The notes under the pieces: model-generated
The model's database searches: none
Seen by the model: the letters and a program-made list of their open reading frames with translations, nothing else
What the model was told of the DNA's origin: nothing
Made by a program: the position numbers and the translations under genes
Source: Octopus sinensis
Lineage: Eukaryota
Length of the DNA stretch: 64,000 bases
Assembly: GCF_006345805.1 (NCBI RefSeq)
Contig: NW_021830457.1
Span: 2,390 to 66,389, forward strand
Reading direction: 5' to 3'
Shown: in pieces, positions 1-13,055 of the stretch
Numbering within the stretch: the first letter of the stretch is position 1
Layout of the letters: every line of letters starts with the position of its first letter

Positions 1-84
1 GGTAGGGGAAAATGCAAATACAGAGTTGCGTTTCGTTTGTGCAAGGAAAACATGCGATGAAAATACGAACAAGGAAATGATGAT

Positions 85-140
85 AATAAATGATGATGAT
101 GATGATGGTGATAAAGATAATGATAAAAATATTGATAATG

Positions 141-225
<85 letters not shown>
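85..225. repeat. (TGA)n/(TAA)n trinucleotide microsatellite
   Basis: Direct reading; explains the poly-D/N ORF 26..319. Confidence 0.95.
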
Positions 226-427
226 TACTATTTCAATTTTTTTCCACATAACTTCATTTCATTTTGAAAATGAACAATCCAGTGTGTTTGGTTTAATGAC
301 CTATCAATGTATTCAGTGAGTTTCTTTGCCCTAGGTGTCGGGAAGATACTCGGCAAGAAATGAGAACGGAATTGAAGAGAAACTCATAGTGATAATTATG
401 ATATAAATAATGATGATTTTTTGTTTC

Positions 428-566
428 AGGTACAAAGCCAACAATTTTGAAAGGAAGCGGTTAGCTGATACCTGGAACCCAATACAGGGCTGGTACTTTA
501 TTTTATTGACTCCGGGGCGGGATGGAATACAATGTTGACCTTGCAGTGATTTGAACTCGAAACGTA
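428..566 (-). mobile_element. Degenerate family-B tRNA-SINE fragment
   Basis: Diverged match to the reverse complement of family-B body and tail (ggtacaaagcc...ctggtactt...gatttgaactcgaaacgta). Confidence 0.55.
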
Positions 567-654
567 CATATCCAAAAAGAACAACAACAATAACAAAAAT
601 AGTAATAACAGCAATAACATCGTTATTATCATCTTCATCATCATCATCAAGAAC

Positions 655-662
655 ACCAATGA

Positions 663-704
<42 letters not shown>

Positions 705-782
705 CATTATCATCATTATTATTATTACTATTATTATTATTATCATTATCATTAATAGCGTCATCATCATCATCATCATTGA
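655..782. repeat. (TAT)n/(CAT)n microsatellite
   Basis: Direct reading; source of low-complexity ORFs 331..906, 498..779 and 551..850. Confidence 0.95.
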
Positions 783-1058
783 CCTTTCTGCAATATTTTT
801 TGCACAAAAATATAAACGAAAAAATTATCCCCCCCCCCCCACAACAATAACAAAACCACAAATCTCTGAAGAGACTGAAAAGAAGCAGACAAACACCATC
901 AAGCAATTCAGCAATTCAGCAATTCAGCAATCAAACAACATAGAAGTTGTCAAATCATATTAATGAAAACATACAAGCTAATTAATGAAGCTTTATCTAA
1001 TAAACAACATCCATGAACATCCATAAATAACAGTCAGAATGTGTATCATCAACTAGCT

Positions 1059-1115
1059 GTCACGTGATATGTTGTCTGTTACGATTGGCTGATCCTTGAC
1101 TAAGGAACAACCAAT
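1059..1115. promoter_or_regulatory. Promoter-like motif trio: E-box plus two CCAAT boxes
   Basis: GTCACGTGAT 1059-1068, ATTGG 1084-1088 and CCAAT 1111-1115 within 60 bp of non-repetitive DNA. Confidence 0.3.
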
Positions 1116-1864
1116 AAATTTAACAGCATATTGTTTTATTTTGTCTTGTTTCGCGTGTTATTTGGTATTTATGTTTGTTTTTTATGCAATATTTTGTTAT
1201 TAATTAGTTTTGAAGTCGTTTGCAATTGGACGAAATCAACCACTGCCATCACACTGCCACTACATAAACACCACAATAGTAAACAAGCAAATACAAGTTG
1301 GACCTCTTACATCCGGAAACCTTGGGACCCGGTGATACCCCAATCAGGACAAATGCCGGAAAACAGAAACTGACCCTTGACGGGAACCCCTTTCTGCACA
1401 TAGTCTTGCCACCACCCCATCCCACTTATACATACATATACATACATACCATACATATATATATATATATATATATGGATGTATATGTATATTGATTTCT
1501 GATGAAAACTAAAACGAGGCTTAAACAAGAAACAATACAACTTGAATTGGTTCCAAACAATTTTTTGCTTGTATTTTAAAAAAATTCTTTTTTTTTTTGC
1601 TTTGGTTATATAAATTATGAAACGCAAAATTGAAAAATGTGCCGGATCTCGGGAGATGTCGGACCAAGGATAGAAGGATTTAAGACGTGCAACGTGTACT
1701 AACAATGCTACTACTGCAAAGAAACAACAAATAAGAGTAACAACAGCAACAACAACAACAATAACAATTGAAACTGTAATAAAAATACCTGACAATGTTA
1801 TATAAAAACATATTGCAATAATGACGACTATAACAATAACAAGAACACCAATAACATATCAAAA

Positions 1865-2036
1865 ACATCGATATATATATATGTATACGTACATATATAT
1901 ATATTTATATACGTACAAATATATATATGTACATATGTACATATATATATATGCATATATGTATATGCATATATATATGAGTTTATATATAAATTCACAA
2001 ACACACCTATATACATACACACGCACACACACACAG

Positions 2037-2067
<31 letters not shown>

Positions 2068-2295
2068 CATACACACTCATACACAGACACACACGTATGT
2101 ATGTAGATACACACAGACATACGCACACATATATATATACACACATACACACACACACATATATATACATAAACACACATATATGCATGCACACATGCAT
2201 ACACACACACATACACACACACATATATGAGACTCAGCAACAGCAGGACAGTAAGAAAGTAAAGATAACAATGACAACAGGAATAGAATAAAATG

Positions 2296-2350
<55 letters not shown>
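1865..2350. repeat. Compound (TA)n/(CA)n/(TAA)n microsatellite
   Basis: Direct reading. Confidence 0.95.
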
Positions 2351-2353
<3 letters not shown>

Positions 2354-3083
2354 TAATTACAATATTAATCGGAGGAACATCGCATACACACACACGCACA
2401 CACACACACACACATACACAGACGCACAGACGCTTGCGCGCACGCACAACACTAACAATTGAATGCCCAGCTAACACAACAACATGTCAAGAGTAATAAC
2501 AACACAACGAAAACCACGTGACAACGACAACAAACAAAACAACAACAACAACAAAACGAACTGAAGAATTCGTTTTATTTTAGAAATGTGTCTAGAAAAT
2601 CGATCGTTCTTCAAATTGTTTTATTGTCCTTTATAAGTCATTAATAAAAAAAAAAATTGAAATGTTGAATAAATATATAAAAAAAAAATCTATGAATATA
2701 AATCTATATATTTTTAATCAATATTATCATCCTTACCATTATTAAAAATACTTTTATAATCCTTCGATTCTTTTTCGATGTTTTATTTTAATTTTTGTTA
2801 TCTTCTCTTGTCTTTCGTTTCGTTTGTTCAATTTCGCATTTTTTAGTTGTTCGTTCCGCTTTATTATAATTATTTTGTGGTGATCTTGTGTTTTTCGTTT
2901 TAGATTTAAATAACTTTTATTCTTGTTTTGTTCTGAATTCTACAGAATCAGACGAACATCTAGTTGTCATAAAACCGCAGTAATTGTCTTATGTAGGTAA
3001 TTTTTATTTTTTTTTATTTTAAACAATTTTCACTGACAATTTGATATTCTATTTTATATACTTCGAACATTATGATTTAATTT

Positions 3084-3111
3084 CCGGAAGTAATCGAAAT
3101 CAAAATGGCGG
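3084..3111 (+). promoter_or_regulatory. ETS plus YY1/Kozak-like core-promoter motif pair
   Basis: CCGGAAGT 3084-3091 followed by AAAATGGCGG 3102-3111 (ATG at 3105; ORF only 16 codons unless spliced). Confidence 0.3.
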
Positions 3112-3631
3112 AATTCAGAGTTCGGCAAATCGATAATTTGATACAATGTAGATAAGTCAATACACACACGTATGTCTGCAGCCTGGTTTCAAGTCCCGAT
3201 TGACACTGAGGCATCTGGATAACTCTTAAAGCCACTACTTCATATTCCCCCTTTTCTCTGAATTTCTGAGAATGGAAAATAGCCAATAATAGGAAACGCA
3301 ATGTAAGTACCAGTTTAGTACTGAGTCAATGTAACAGAGTTATTCTCCCCTCCTGGAATTCATTGCCTTGTGCCAAATTTTGAAACCATTATTAGTATTT
3401 AAAAAAATCGTTATTGTTCCGGAAAAATTGCTTCGCGGAGTTTATTCCGACTTTACGTTCTGATTTCAAATTCTACCGAGGCTAACTTTGCCTTCCACCC
3501 TTTCGAGATCGATAAAATAAATACCAGTTTAGACTGGGGTCGATGTAATCGACTTACCCTCTCTCCCGAAACCATTATTAGTAGAGAGTATAGAAAACAT
3601 TTAGAAAAAATAAGATTTCACAAAATGGATG

Positions 3632-3796
3632 TAAGCGGAGACATGGATTTTTTGTTAGGAAGTTCGCTTCTTCACCACCTAGTTTTAAGTCGAGACACAC
3701 TGTGTGACACCTGGGAAAGTGGTTTCTCCTATCGCACCGGGCCGATCAATACCTAGTAATTAGACTTATAAAGAGGAAACTGAGCGTAAGTTTGTC

Positions 3797-3834
<38 letters not shown>

Positions 3835-4050
3835 TTTGTGTGTGTAGTGGTATGTGCTTGCTCCTCACCACTTCGCCACGTTGTTGGCTTGTTTACATAA
3901 GCTTAACTTTGTCGTTCAGCAATTAAGTAACCGATAGAAAAAATACCAAACATAAAAATATATATCCTAGGAGCGGTTTTATCGACTATACCTACCTCAA
4001 GGTTGTGCCCCAGCATTGCCGAAATCTAATGACTGAAACGAGTAAAAAAC
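3632..4050 (+). mobile_element. Old degenerate family-A tRNA-SINE with central (TA)n
   Basis: Colinear but diverged match to the family-A copies at 18361 and 34810, including central microsatellite and gactgaaacgagtaaaa tail. Confidence 0.7.
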
Positions 4051-4299
4051 CAACAGAATGGATGCTGTCTTTATATACAGATACAAGAGACATCCTGTCA
4101 ATGGAGGTGTACAAGAATATTTTAACAGAACAAAAATTTGGTTCCTATAATGAAGAGTGGTTGAAATTGTGTAGCAATCAATGTTAGTCTAAAAACAATT
4201 AGGGCTGGAATCGAAAGCGGTTCGTGGATTTACTAGAAGTCCCATGTTATTCTCTGCTGCATAGCTGAATTAGGGATAACAAAAAACAGCAGCTACAAA

Positions 4300-4510
4300 G
4301 ACTGTGATGACAAGTATGAGACAGGTTATTCAGCGTCGCTTGATATACTGGAAATAGCAGCGAAATCTCTCTAAAATATCACATGGATGTCATAAAAAGC
4401 AGGAACATATTGTATGATATAGTGTAAGATATACAAATAGACTAGGTGGTCACGACTGGAAAGACTTTTGATCGAAATTCTTGTCGACCGCGATCGAAAA
4501 GAATTTAAAA
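4300..4510 (+). mobile_element. Old interspersed repeat (family F, probable SINE 3' part)
   Basis: ctggaaatagcagcgaaatctc...ggtcacgactggaaagacttttgatc recurs in reverse at about 22025-22230, 35430-35570 and 49620-49795. Confidence 0.45.
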
Positions 4511-5049
4511 CATGACATGGTTGCATGTAATGTCGATTAAAGGAAAGCGGGTGATAAAATTTTCGGAAATCTATGTCTATGCGGCAGTTTCAATTCTTAG
4601 TTGATTACACGACTAATACACGCGAGAAAAGCATGAACATCTCAACTTCTCAATCAATTTTCACCTAAATTACAGGCCGCTTGCATTTAGCTCAACCAGA
4701 TAGAAACATTTCGTCCATTTCACAAGAACTAATACTCAAACATGAAAAGCAATTTCTTTACAAATATTCGGCCATTTTGTTGGTTGAATTTTTGATCAGT
4801 TAGTTCTGGCTATTGGCGAGACAGAACGGACAGTAAATACAATTCTTCTTGTTGGTGCCAACGAACACATTTGCATGTTTACCGTATTCTGAGCCAAATT
4901 CTTATGCAATAATTGAAATGATTATTGATGTTCTCACTTGCTTACAGCAATTTCTCTAAAACAGCGTAAGAACTTCAAAGTACCAAAAGCCAGTGAATAC
5001 AAAGTTTGAAATTTAGTATTTCCATCCGAGATTCCATACAAGAATACAA

Positions 5050-6690
5050 ATGCAGTGAGCTGGCAGAATCGTTAGCATCTCGAATAAAATGTTTCTCGAC
5101 ATTTGTTCTGGTGTTGTCCTGAGTTCAAATTCCACCGTGGTCGAGTTTGTTTCTTCATGATTCCAGGATCAGTAAAGTAACTGCAAGTTGAGTACAGTGG
5201 TCACGGTAATCGATTTGACCCTTCATAGAAATTTCTGGCCATTTGCCAAAATTTGAAGTCATTATAATTAATAAGAATAAAGCGAGCTGCCAGAATCGTT
5301 ACAATACTGGACAAAATGCTTGGCGGCATTCCGTCCCTCTTTACGTTCTGAGTTCAAATTCCGCCGAAGCCGACTTTGCTTTCATTCTTTTGGGTCGATA
5401 AAATATGTACCAGTTGAATACTGGGGTTGATGTAGTCTTATATATATATATATGTACGACGGGCTTCTTTGAGTTTCCGTCTACGAAATCCGCTCACAAA
5501 GCTTTGATCAGTCTGGAGATGTAGTAGAAGATACTTGCCCAAGATGCCACGCACTGGGAGTGAAAGATGGTCGGAATACCGCTAAATATTGTCAATCGTG
5601 CCAGATCACCGCCTTAAGTGAGGATAATTATTGGTTTTCAATTTTTGGAACAAGGCCAGCAATTTCGGGAGAGGGTGTTAATCGATTACATCGCCCTCAG
5701 TGGTCAGCTGGTACTTATTTTATCAAATCCGAAACGATGAACGATAAAGTCGACCATCGCAGAAAGTGAACTCTGAAAGTAATGACGGACGAAATGCCGC
5801 TAAGCTTTGACCGCTGTGCCAACGGTTCTACCAGCTCGCAGCCTTAAGTGGAGATGAATATTCTTTTCTTTTCTACTCTAGGCACAAGGCTTGAATCTTT
5901 GGGAGAAGGGGCCAGTCGGTTAGATCGACCCCAGTACGCAACTAGCACTTAAGTTATCGACCCTGAAAGGATGAATTTGAACACAAAGCGTAACGGCAGA
6001 CGGAATAACGCTAAGCATTTCACCCAGTGTGCTCATGTTTCTGCCAACTGTCGATAGATATTACGATATATAATATTCTCTTCTACTCTAGGTACAATGC
6101 CCGAAATTTCTGGGGAGGGGGCTAGTCAATTAGATCGACCCCAGTACGCAACTGGTACATAATTTATCGATTACGAAAACATGAAAGACAAAGTCAACCT
6201 AGGCGGTGTTTTAACTCAGAACGTAACAGCAGACGAAATACCTATTTCTTTACTGCCCACAAGGGGCTACACACAGAGGGGACAAACAAAGACAGACAAA
6301 CGGATTAAGTCGATTATATCGACCCGAGTGCGTAACTGGTACTTAATTTATCGACCCCGAAAGGATGAAAGGCAAAGCCGACCCCGACGGAATTTGAACT
6401 GAGAACGTAACGATAGATGAAATACCGCTAAGCATTTCATCCGGCGTGCTAACGTTCCTGCCAGCTCGCTCCTTTTATAAAAATAACTTTTTTCCTATTC
6501 TAGGCACAAGGCCCGAAATTTCTGGGGAGGAGGCCAGTCGATTAGATCGGCCCCAGTATGCAACTGGTGCTTAATTATAGACCCCGAAAGGATGAAAAGC
6601 AAAGTCGACCTCGGCGGAATTTGAACTCAGAACCTAAAGACAGAAGTAATAGCGCTATGCATTTCACCCGGCATGCTAACCATTCTGCTA
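5050..6690. mobile_element. Cluster of about 7 family-B tRNA-SINE copies in both orientations, plus a family-A 5' fragment at about 5450-5560
   Basis: Repeated head gagctggcagaatcgttagc, B-box-like gagttcaaattcc and core gaggtcgactttgcctttcatcctttcggggtcgataaa; core resembles the Nin/Deu-type SINE domain (recall). Confidence 0.85.
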
Positions 6691-7284
6691 TGTTGGGATA
6701 AATATCACAATATATAATATTGTAAAATATAGAAGCGTATAATAGAATGCAGTTAAATATAAAATCGAGCTGTTCGGTACATTATAGTATTGTAAAGTGT
6801 TATTGTACGATAGAATGGTACATTCCTGCAGATTAATTTATAGACGGGTACAGTACAATACAATGACCAGCAATATATATGAGATGTTGAAAATAGAGAA
6901 CAAGTCATGAATATAGGCTTATATATATATATACTATATACAATACACATATACCCACACATATGTATGTGTGTGTGTGTATAGTATATACACATACGTG
7001 TTTATGCACGTATAGAAATTTGGAAGGAGGAAATTCAAATAACTGAAAGTAATCCCATATGAATGGAGAAATATTTCACTCTGCCTCTTCTGGTTGTCAT
7101 GGAATCATGAAATAGAGAAATAGGAAACAAGGAAGACTCACAAAAATAATGATAATAATATAATAATATAAATATAATAATAATAATAATAATTAATAAT
7201 ATAGGAAGTAGTAGTAGTCGTGTTTAAGACGTCGTAACCTAAGCACAGACATATGTATATACATACATACATACATACATATAT

Positions 7285-7329
<45 letters not shown>

Positions 7330-7546
7330 TACACATATATGTATATATATATATATATACATATACCACGCATACTCACACCCACACACATAAATACACA
7401 GACACAGACACAGACACACTCACACACATATACACACATACATATATGAGTACTTCTTCAGATCCACCCGCTCTTTAGGGTGTGGTCAACAAACTATGTA
7501 ACCATATATGTATGAAAAGTGATTTGTATGTGCATACACACACACA

Positions 7547-7594
<48 letters not shown>

Positions 7595-7849
7595 ATATAT
7601 ATATATATATATACATACACATATATATACATATATAAATGCATAAATACATACATACGTATATATATATACATATGTATATATATGCATGTCTATATTT
7701 ATAATATATATAATACATACATAAATATAAGCTATATATAAACACAGTGACACACATATATGTATATGAATATATATTATTTACATTAAAAGGATATCTA
7801 AATATTTATAACTGTGTTTATACAAGGGTCTCCCCTTAACAAAAAAATG

Positions 7850-8032
7850 TATATATTATTTCGTGTGTATATGTAGGTGTAGCGTAGAAAAAGCAAACAA
7901 AACTCACTTCATCCATAGACAAATACACGCGCTCACACACATATATGTATACATATACAAACACATACATAGAAAAATACACACACACACATTAATACAT
8001 CAAGAAAAATATATCCATATCTATATGAATAT

Positions 8033-8101
<69 letters not shown>

Positions 8102-8330
8102 TATATATATTATTTATATTTATATTTTTATATATATATATATATATTATATTTATTTATATTATATATATATATATTTATATTTATATTTATATATATT
8201 ATATTTATATTTATATTTATATATATATTATTTATATTTATATTTATATATATATATATTATATTTATATTATATATATATATATATATATATGTATATT
8301 TATATATAATATTTATATTTATATATATGC
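7850..8330. repeat. (CA)n and long imperfect (TA)n/(TATATT)n array
   Basis: Direct reading. Confidence 0.9.
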
Positions 8331-8337
8331 ACACACA

Positions 8338-8612
8338 GGTGAATGCACGTGGCTTTGTGGTTATGGGTATTCGGCCCACGATTCCAGCTGGCGCGTTGTG
8401 TCCTGGAGAAAGAGACTTTATTTCACTTTGGGCCACTCAACCCCTCTGACGAAAGAGATGTGCTCCTGTGCCTGTATTTCAAAGGTACGGTTTCGTCCCT
8501 TTCTGAATCAAACTGAATTTCTTTGAAAACTACGTTAAATAGTACGCTTATCTGTGGAGTACTCAGCCACCTGCACGTTAATATCACGAGCAGACTTTTC
8601 GTATGATCGGGT
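8338..8612 (+). mobile_element. Family-D tRNA-SINE, degenerate
   Basis: tRNA-like head, then actttatttcac...gaaaactacgttaa...ctgtggagtactcagccac shared with 30764-31090. Confidence 0.7.
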
Positions 8613-8824
8613 TAAGTGGAACGCTCAGGCCATTAACGCATACACACCACACACACACACACACACGCACGCACACACACATGCAATTATGCAAATTCAC
8701 GTCCGAGTGCATACACTTATTCGCATTGAACAAGTCCAATCTTCTTGGCTCAATTTTCAGACTGGAATTTTATAGCGTATAACAAGCGGTCTCCCCGGCT
8801 ACGTTTGTTATAAGTGTTATCAGA

Positions 8825-9225
8825 ATCTATAGATGAAGAGTATCAGAAAAAGATCACCAGGTTTGCAGGAAACATATGACCTTCTCAGAGACAGAGCTGC
8901 GTGACCCACTGTGGGCAGAATTACAACTTGAAGCTCCCCATTAGCTGCCAAAAAAATGGATTCATGATGGCCCATGCAGGAAAGATGCCATAATATCACG
9001 ATTTCTGCAGTCCCCAAAACTGGTATTAAAGTCAGAAAAGGTCAGAAGTGGAGAGCATGGGATATGGTTGAAACAGCAGAATTGCGGTTCATGAATTGAG
9101 TGCTGGTGAATGTGGTACCGCGTGGAAAATCTTGTTCGTGTAGCCAAGGTGCAAAGAAAGGACAAGAGGATACTGAACTTGTATAAGGGGCCAGCGTCGG
9201 TTAAAGAGGAGAGAGCCATCATGAG
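8825..9225 (+). mobile_element. Decayed HERO-like (R2 superfamily) non-LTR retrotransposon ORF fragment
   Basis: Frameshifted translation SIDEEY..TRLQETYDLLRD and TGIKVRKGQKWRAWDMVETAELRFMN*VLVNVVPRGK resembles the recalled HERO post-RT motif GIEVRTGRKWRA..AV.EAE.RL....LVG.VA.GR. Confidence 0.6.
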
Positions 9226-9371
9226 TGTGAAGTGGCCACACTTGTTTCACATGAGAAGGATCGGTGGTATGTCAAATTTAATAGCCAAATCATAGGGGAG
9301 AGGATCTCCACCAGTTAAATTTCTAATTCAGGTAACCCACAATGTGTGTATGCGAGCACGTGCATGTGAGC

Positions 9372-9374
<3 letters not shown>

Positions 9375-9455
<81 letters not shown>

Positions 9456-9459
9456 CTAA

Positions 9460-9530
<71 letters not shown>
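9375..9530. repeat. (TCTA)n(TC)n(TA)n compound microsatellite
   Basis: Direct reading. Confidence 0.95.
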
Positions 9531-9533
<3 letters not shown>

Positions 9534-9568
9534 GTATACATATGTATATTCATACACACATACATATA

Positions 9569-9813
9569 TTAGGTTGGTGCATAATTATTGCAGCTTTTTT
9601 CAGCAAATTTTATTCAACAAAAAGAATAACATGTGACAAAAACATATATGAATGATTATTCCGGAGCATATTCACCATCTACTTTAATTACTGCTTCCCG
9701 TTTGCCTGGCAGACGCTCAGATACGTCATTTAAAGAAGGTTTTGTTAGATATTGTTATTGTTTTTCTCGAATAAAATTTGTTGAAAAAAAAGCCGCAATA
9801 ATTATGTACCAAC
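9569..9813. mobile_element. Tc1/mariner-type MITE with clipped right TIR
   Basis: TA then ttaggttggtgcataattattgcagctttttt at left; aaaaagccgcaataattatgtaccaac at right is its reverse complement; same family at 34752-35418. Confidence 0.8.
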
Positions 9814-10795
9814 GACTCATAGTAAAACTCTCTGCAATGGATGTGAAAGATGATCTCTATGGCTATCTGAAGTCCTTCATTCTCGGTCGGAAAAAAACGT
9901 AGTTACGGTTCTCGGACATCATTCTTCATCCTACGAAATGACTTCTGGCGTACCACAGGGATCCGTTCTTGGATCCCTACTGCTTGTTGCATATATTTGC
10001 TTCTTTATTGCCCACAGAGGGGCTAAACATAGATGGGACAAAAAAGGACAGACAAAGGGATTAAGTCGATTACATCGACCCCCGTGCACGTCTGGTACTC
10101 AATTTATCGACCCCGAAAAGATAAAAGGCAAAGTCGACCTCGGCGTATTTTGAACTCAGAACGTAAAGATAGACGAAATATCTATTTCTTTACTACCCAC
10201 AAGGGTTTGCACACAGAGAGGACAAACAAGGACAGACAAGCGGATTAAGTCGATTATATCGAACCCAGTGCGTAACTGGTGACTTATTTAATCGACCCCG
10301 AAAGGATGAAAGGCAAAGTCGACCTCGGCGGAATTTGAACTCAGAGCGTAACGGCAGACGAAATACCGCTAAGCATTTCGCCCGGCGTGCTAACGATTCT
10401 GCCATATATCAACGACATAAATACCAACTTGAGGAATGTTACAGTGTTGAAATATGAAGACGGCATTAAGCTGTATCTCGAGATAAAACGAACGTTCTAT
10501 GCGCTACGGATCTTTCTTGCAATCAGACCTGGGCACAATGCAACAATGGATTTCTGACTGACAACTCAACTTAGCTGTGGACAAGTGCATAACAACGCAT
10601 TTTGGGAGGAAAAACGCAGCCTTTACGTATTCCCTCACCAACATCAATCTCAAGAAGTCCTCTGGTGGACGTGATCTGGGTATTACTGTAAACAGCAATC
10701 TGCGTTGGACAAACCACATCTCTAAGGTTGCCAAGAAGACTGACGGTGTTGTAGCATCACACAGTAAGACATTTGTCAGCCAACACTACACCTGA
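9806..10795 (+). mobile_element. Decayed CR1-like LINE reverse-transcriptase fragment interrupted by a SINE dimer
   Basis: QRLIVKL..YLKSFI.GR..TSGVPQGSVLGSLLLVAYI / NDI..LKYEDGIKLY (YADD relic)..LQSDL..W..QLNLAVDKC..RDLGITVNSNLRWTNHI. Confidence 0.85.
9997..10402 (-). mobile_element. Family-B SINE dimer inserted in the LINE relic
   Basis: Two bodies and two tails; flanked by catatat at 9990-9996 and 10403-10409; removing it restores the AYINDI reading. Confidence 0.9.
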
Positions 10796-11088
10796 TGGCT
10801 TTTTTGTCTTAGTTGTAGTGCACCTGAGCACTGATTACAATAATTTTTTTCATATATATAGTAAGCGAGAATTTCTTCTCTTCTTCTCCTCGGCAACTGC
10901 AGTGAATTGCCCATAGAAGTTAAAATAAGTCAAAAACATATTTTAACTAATCTAATGTTCATTTGTTCCTCATCACTGCTTAGCTACGATTTCAGTATAC
11001 ATACATACGAAGGATAAAACAATGCGAAGCGCATTGTGGCTAGCGATGTATAACAACATCCGATAGTCTGGTAAGTACCATGATACCG

Positions 11089-11123
<35 letters not shown>

Positions 11124-11318
11124 AAAGGTGGCTTATTCGCAATTTACAACCGAAAGACAGAACTACAGACGTCACAATAATGACTAAGAGTACCATTAAG
11201 CACCAGTATTGCTAGAAATAAGAGTCAAAACAACCCCCTTAGCAACGATATATATATGCGTGTGTGTGGGTATATAAAAATGTATATTTGTATCTATATG
11301 TATATATATACATACATA

Positions 11319-11491
11319 CATCGCTTGACAACCGACGTTGGTGTGTTTACGTCCCCGTAACTTACCGGTTCGGCAAAAGAAAGGGATAGAATAAATATTA
11401 GAATTACAAAGAAAAAGTCCTGGATTCGATTTGTTCGAGTATAGCCGGTGCTCTAGCATGGCCGTAGTCAAAATGACTGAAACAAGTAAAA
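11319..11491 (+). mobile_element. Family-A SINE 3' half
   Basis: catcgcttgacaaccg...ctagcatggccgtagtcaaaatgactgaaacaagtaaaa. Confidence 0.8.
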
Positions 11492-11586
11492 TATATATAT
11501 ATATATATAGGTATATATATAAGTATAGACAGACAGACAGACAGACAGACAGATAGATAGATAGATAAATAGATAGATAGATAGAT

Positions 11587-11618
<32 letters not shown>

Positions 11619-12154
11619 CAGATAGGCAGGGAGAGAGAGAGAGAGAGAGAGAGAGAGTGAGAGAGTGAGAGAGTGAGAGTACGGCAGTGATTGACATGTA
11701 AATGAACTAAGAAATGGAAGAGAATGTTACGTAGAAGGAATGAGAAGTTTGGTAAGAACAGAAACGCTACAAGAATTCCATAACAACATCGTGTGTGTGT
11801 GTGTGTGTGTGTGTGTAGTGGAGAAGGGTGATGGTGTTGTTGTTTGCGAGTGCACCCACCTCTATTTGACCTAGTTTCTATAATGAGATACAGACAAAGG
11901 TGTGAGGTGGGGTATAGAGATAAAAAGATGAGTAAGAGAAAGGTAAAGGCGGGAGGTGGAGGTGAATGATGAGAATGAGATGGAGAAGAGGGTGTGTGGG
12001 AGGAGGAAGTAAGTGAACAAGTGGGGAGGGGGCTACTCCAGTATTTGTCTGAGGAATAGGGTGTGGTTTGGTATATTGTGATGATGTCAACGCCACAATA
12101 TATTTGATGAAAACACATTCAGCATTCGTAAAGACCCGAATAACACTCTGTTAT

Positions 12155-12565
12155 GGATGCCCGAACAACACCCAGTCCTGGATACCCGAACGCGATATAG
12201 TCTTTGGTTACCTGAACAAGACCCAGTTTCAGATACTCATACAACTTCCGCTTATGGATACTCGAATAGCGACAATTCCTGGATATTCAAACAACACCCA
12301 GTCCTGAATACCTGAACAATAACCAAGTTTATTTACTTGTCAAACTCTCAAGTTTTGATACCCGGACAAAATCCTGCTTTCGATACCCGAACAAGCTCCA
12401 AATTTGGTTTCCGCGATAACACACCATCTTGGATACGCGAACAAAACCTAGACCAGGATATCCGAACAACACTCCGTTTTGGTTACCATAAACAACGCCC
12501 AGTCTTAATAGCAGCCAGGCCTGGATACCCGAACAAGAGCCAGTGCTGGATATCCGATTCCGTCC
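12155..12565. repeat. Degenerate 25-bp minisatellite, about 16 units, consensus GGATACCCGAACAACACCCAGTCCT
   Basis: Units counted by eye, mostly 25 nt; not a multiple of 3, so not a coding repeat. Confidence 0.8.
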
Positions 12566-12657
12566 AAATATGTGACAGACCAGACACGAATAAAACGATA
12601 GAAAGAGACCGATGACATGTAAACGAACAAGACAAGAACGTTTTTTTTTATACAACA

Positions 12658-13055
12658 CTAGCAGTATCGCCCGGCGTTGCTCGGGTTTGTATGGGAAATA
12701 ACTATATAAGCATTTTTAGAGAGTTATAGCCAAAAAAATAGCAAAAAAATGCATTAAAAATGGAAAACAAATTATGGTAAATTTTTTTTTAAATCGTTGA
12801 CTCATCGTAGACATTTTTAGAGAGTTACTTCCCTTATATAATAGCGAAAAAATGCATTAAAATGGAAAAAAATGATGGTAATTTTTTTTAAAATCCTAGA
12901 CTCATCGTAGACGCGCGCTAATACCCAGAAGGGCTCGATATGAATCACGACTATAAGATACCCGGTTTTGGTTTAACTGCACCGCAAAATGTGGGAGTAG
13001 TTAGGAATCTAAATCGTAGGAGACAGACACACAACTTCACTTTTATATATAAAGA
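12658..13055 (-). mobile_element. Non-autonomous Helitron, 398 bp
   Basis: Minus strand starts A^TC(TTTATATAT), ends in hairpin CCCGAGCAACGCCGGG then CTAG^T; two internal tandem units of about 100 bp. Confidence 0.85.

Noticed and set aside
331-906. 191-aa minus-strand ORF resembling a membrane protein with an acidic/Asn tract
   Set aside because: Built from TAT/CAT microsatellites and the antisense of a decayed SINE.
3105-3155. ATG in strong context giving MAEFRVRQIDNLIQCR
   Set aside because: Stops after 16 codons, has no convincing splice donor and shows no recognisable homology; kept only as a promoter motif.
12068-12658. ORFs with GYPNNTQS-like repeats
   Set aside because: The repeat unit is 25 bp, so the reading frame shifts every unit; not a coding repeat and not CRISPR-like (no conserved repeat with unique spacers).
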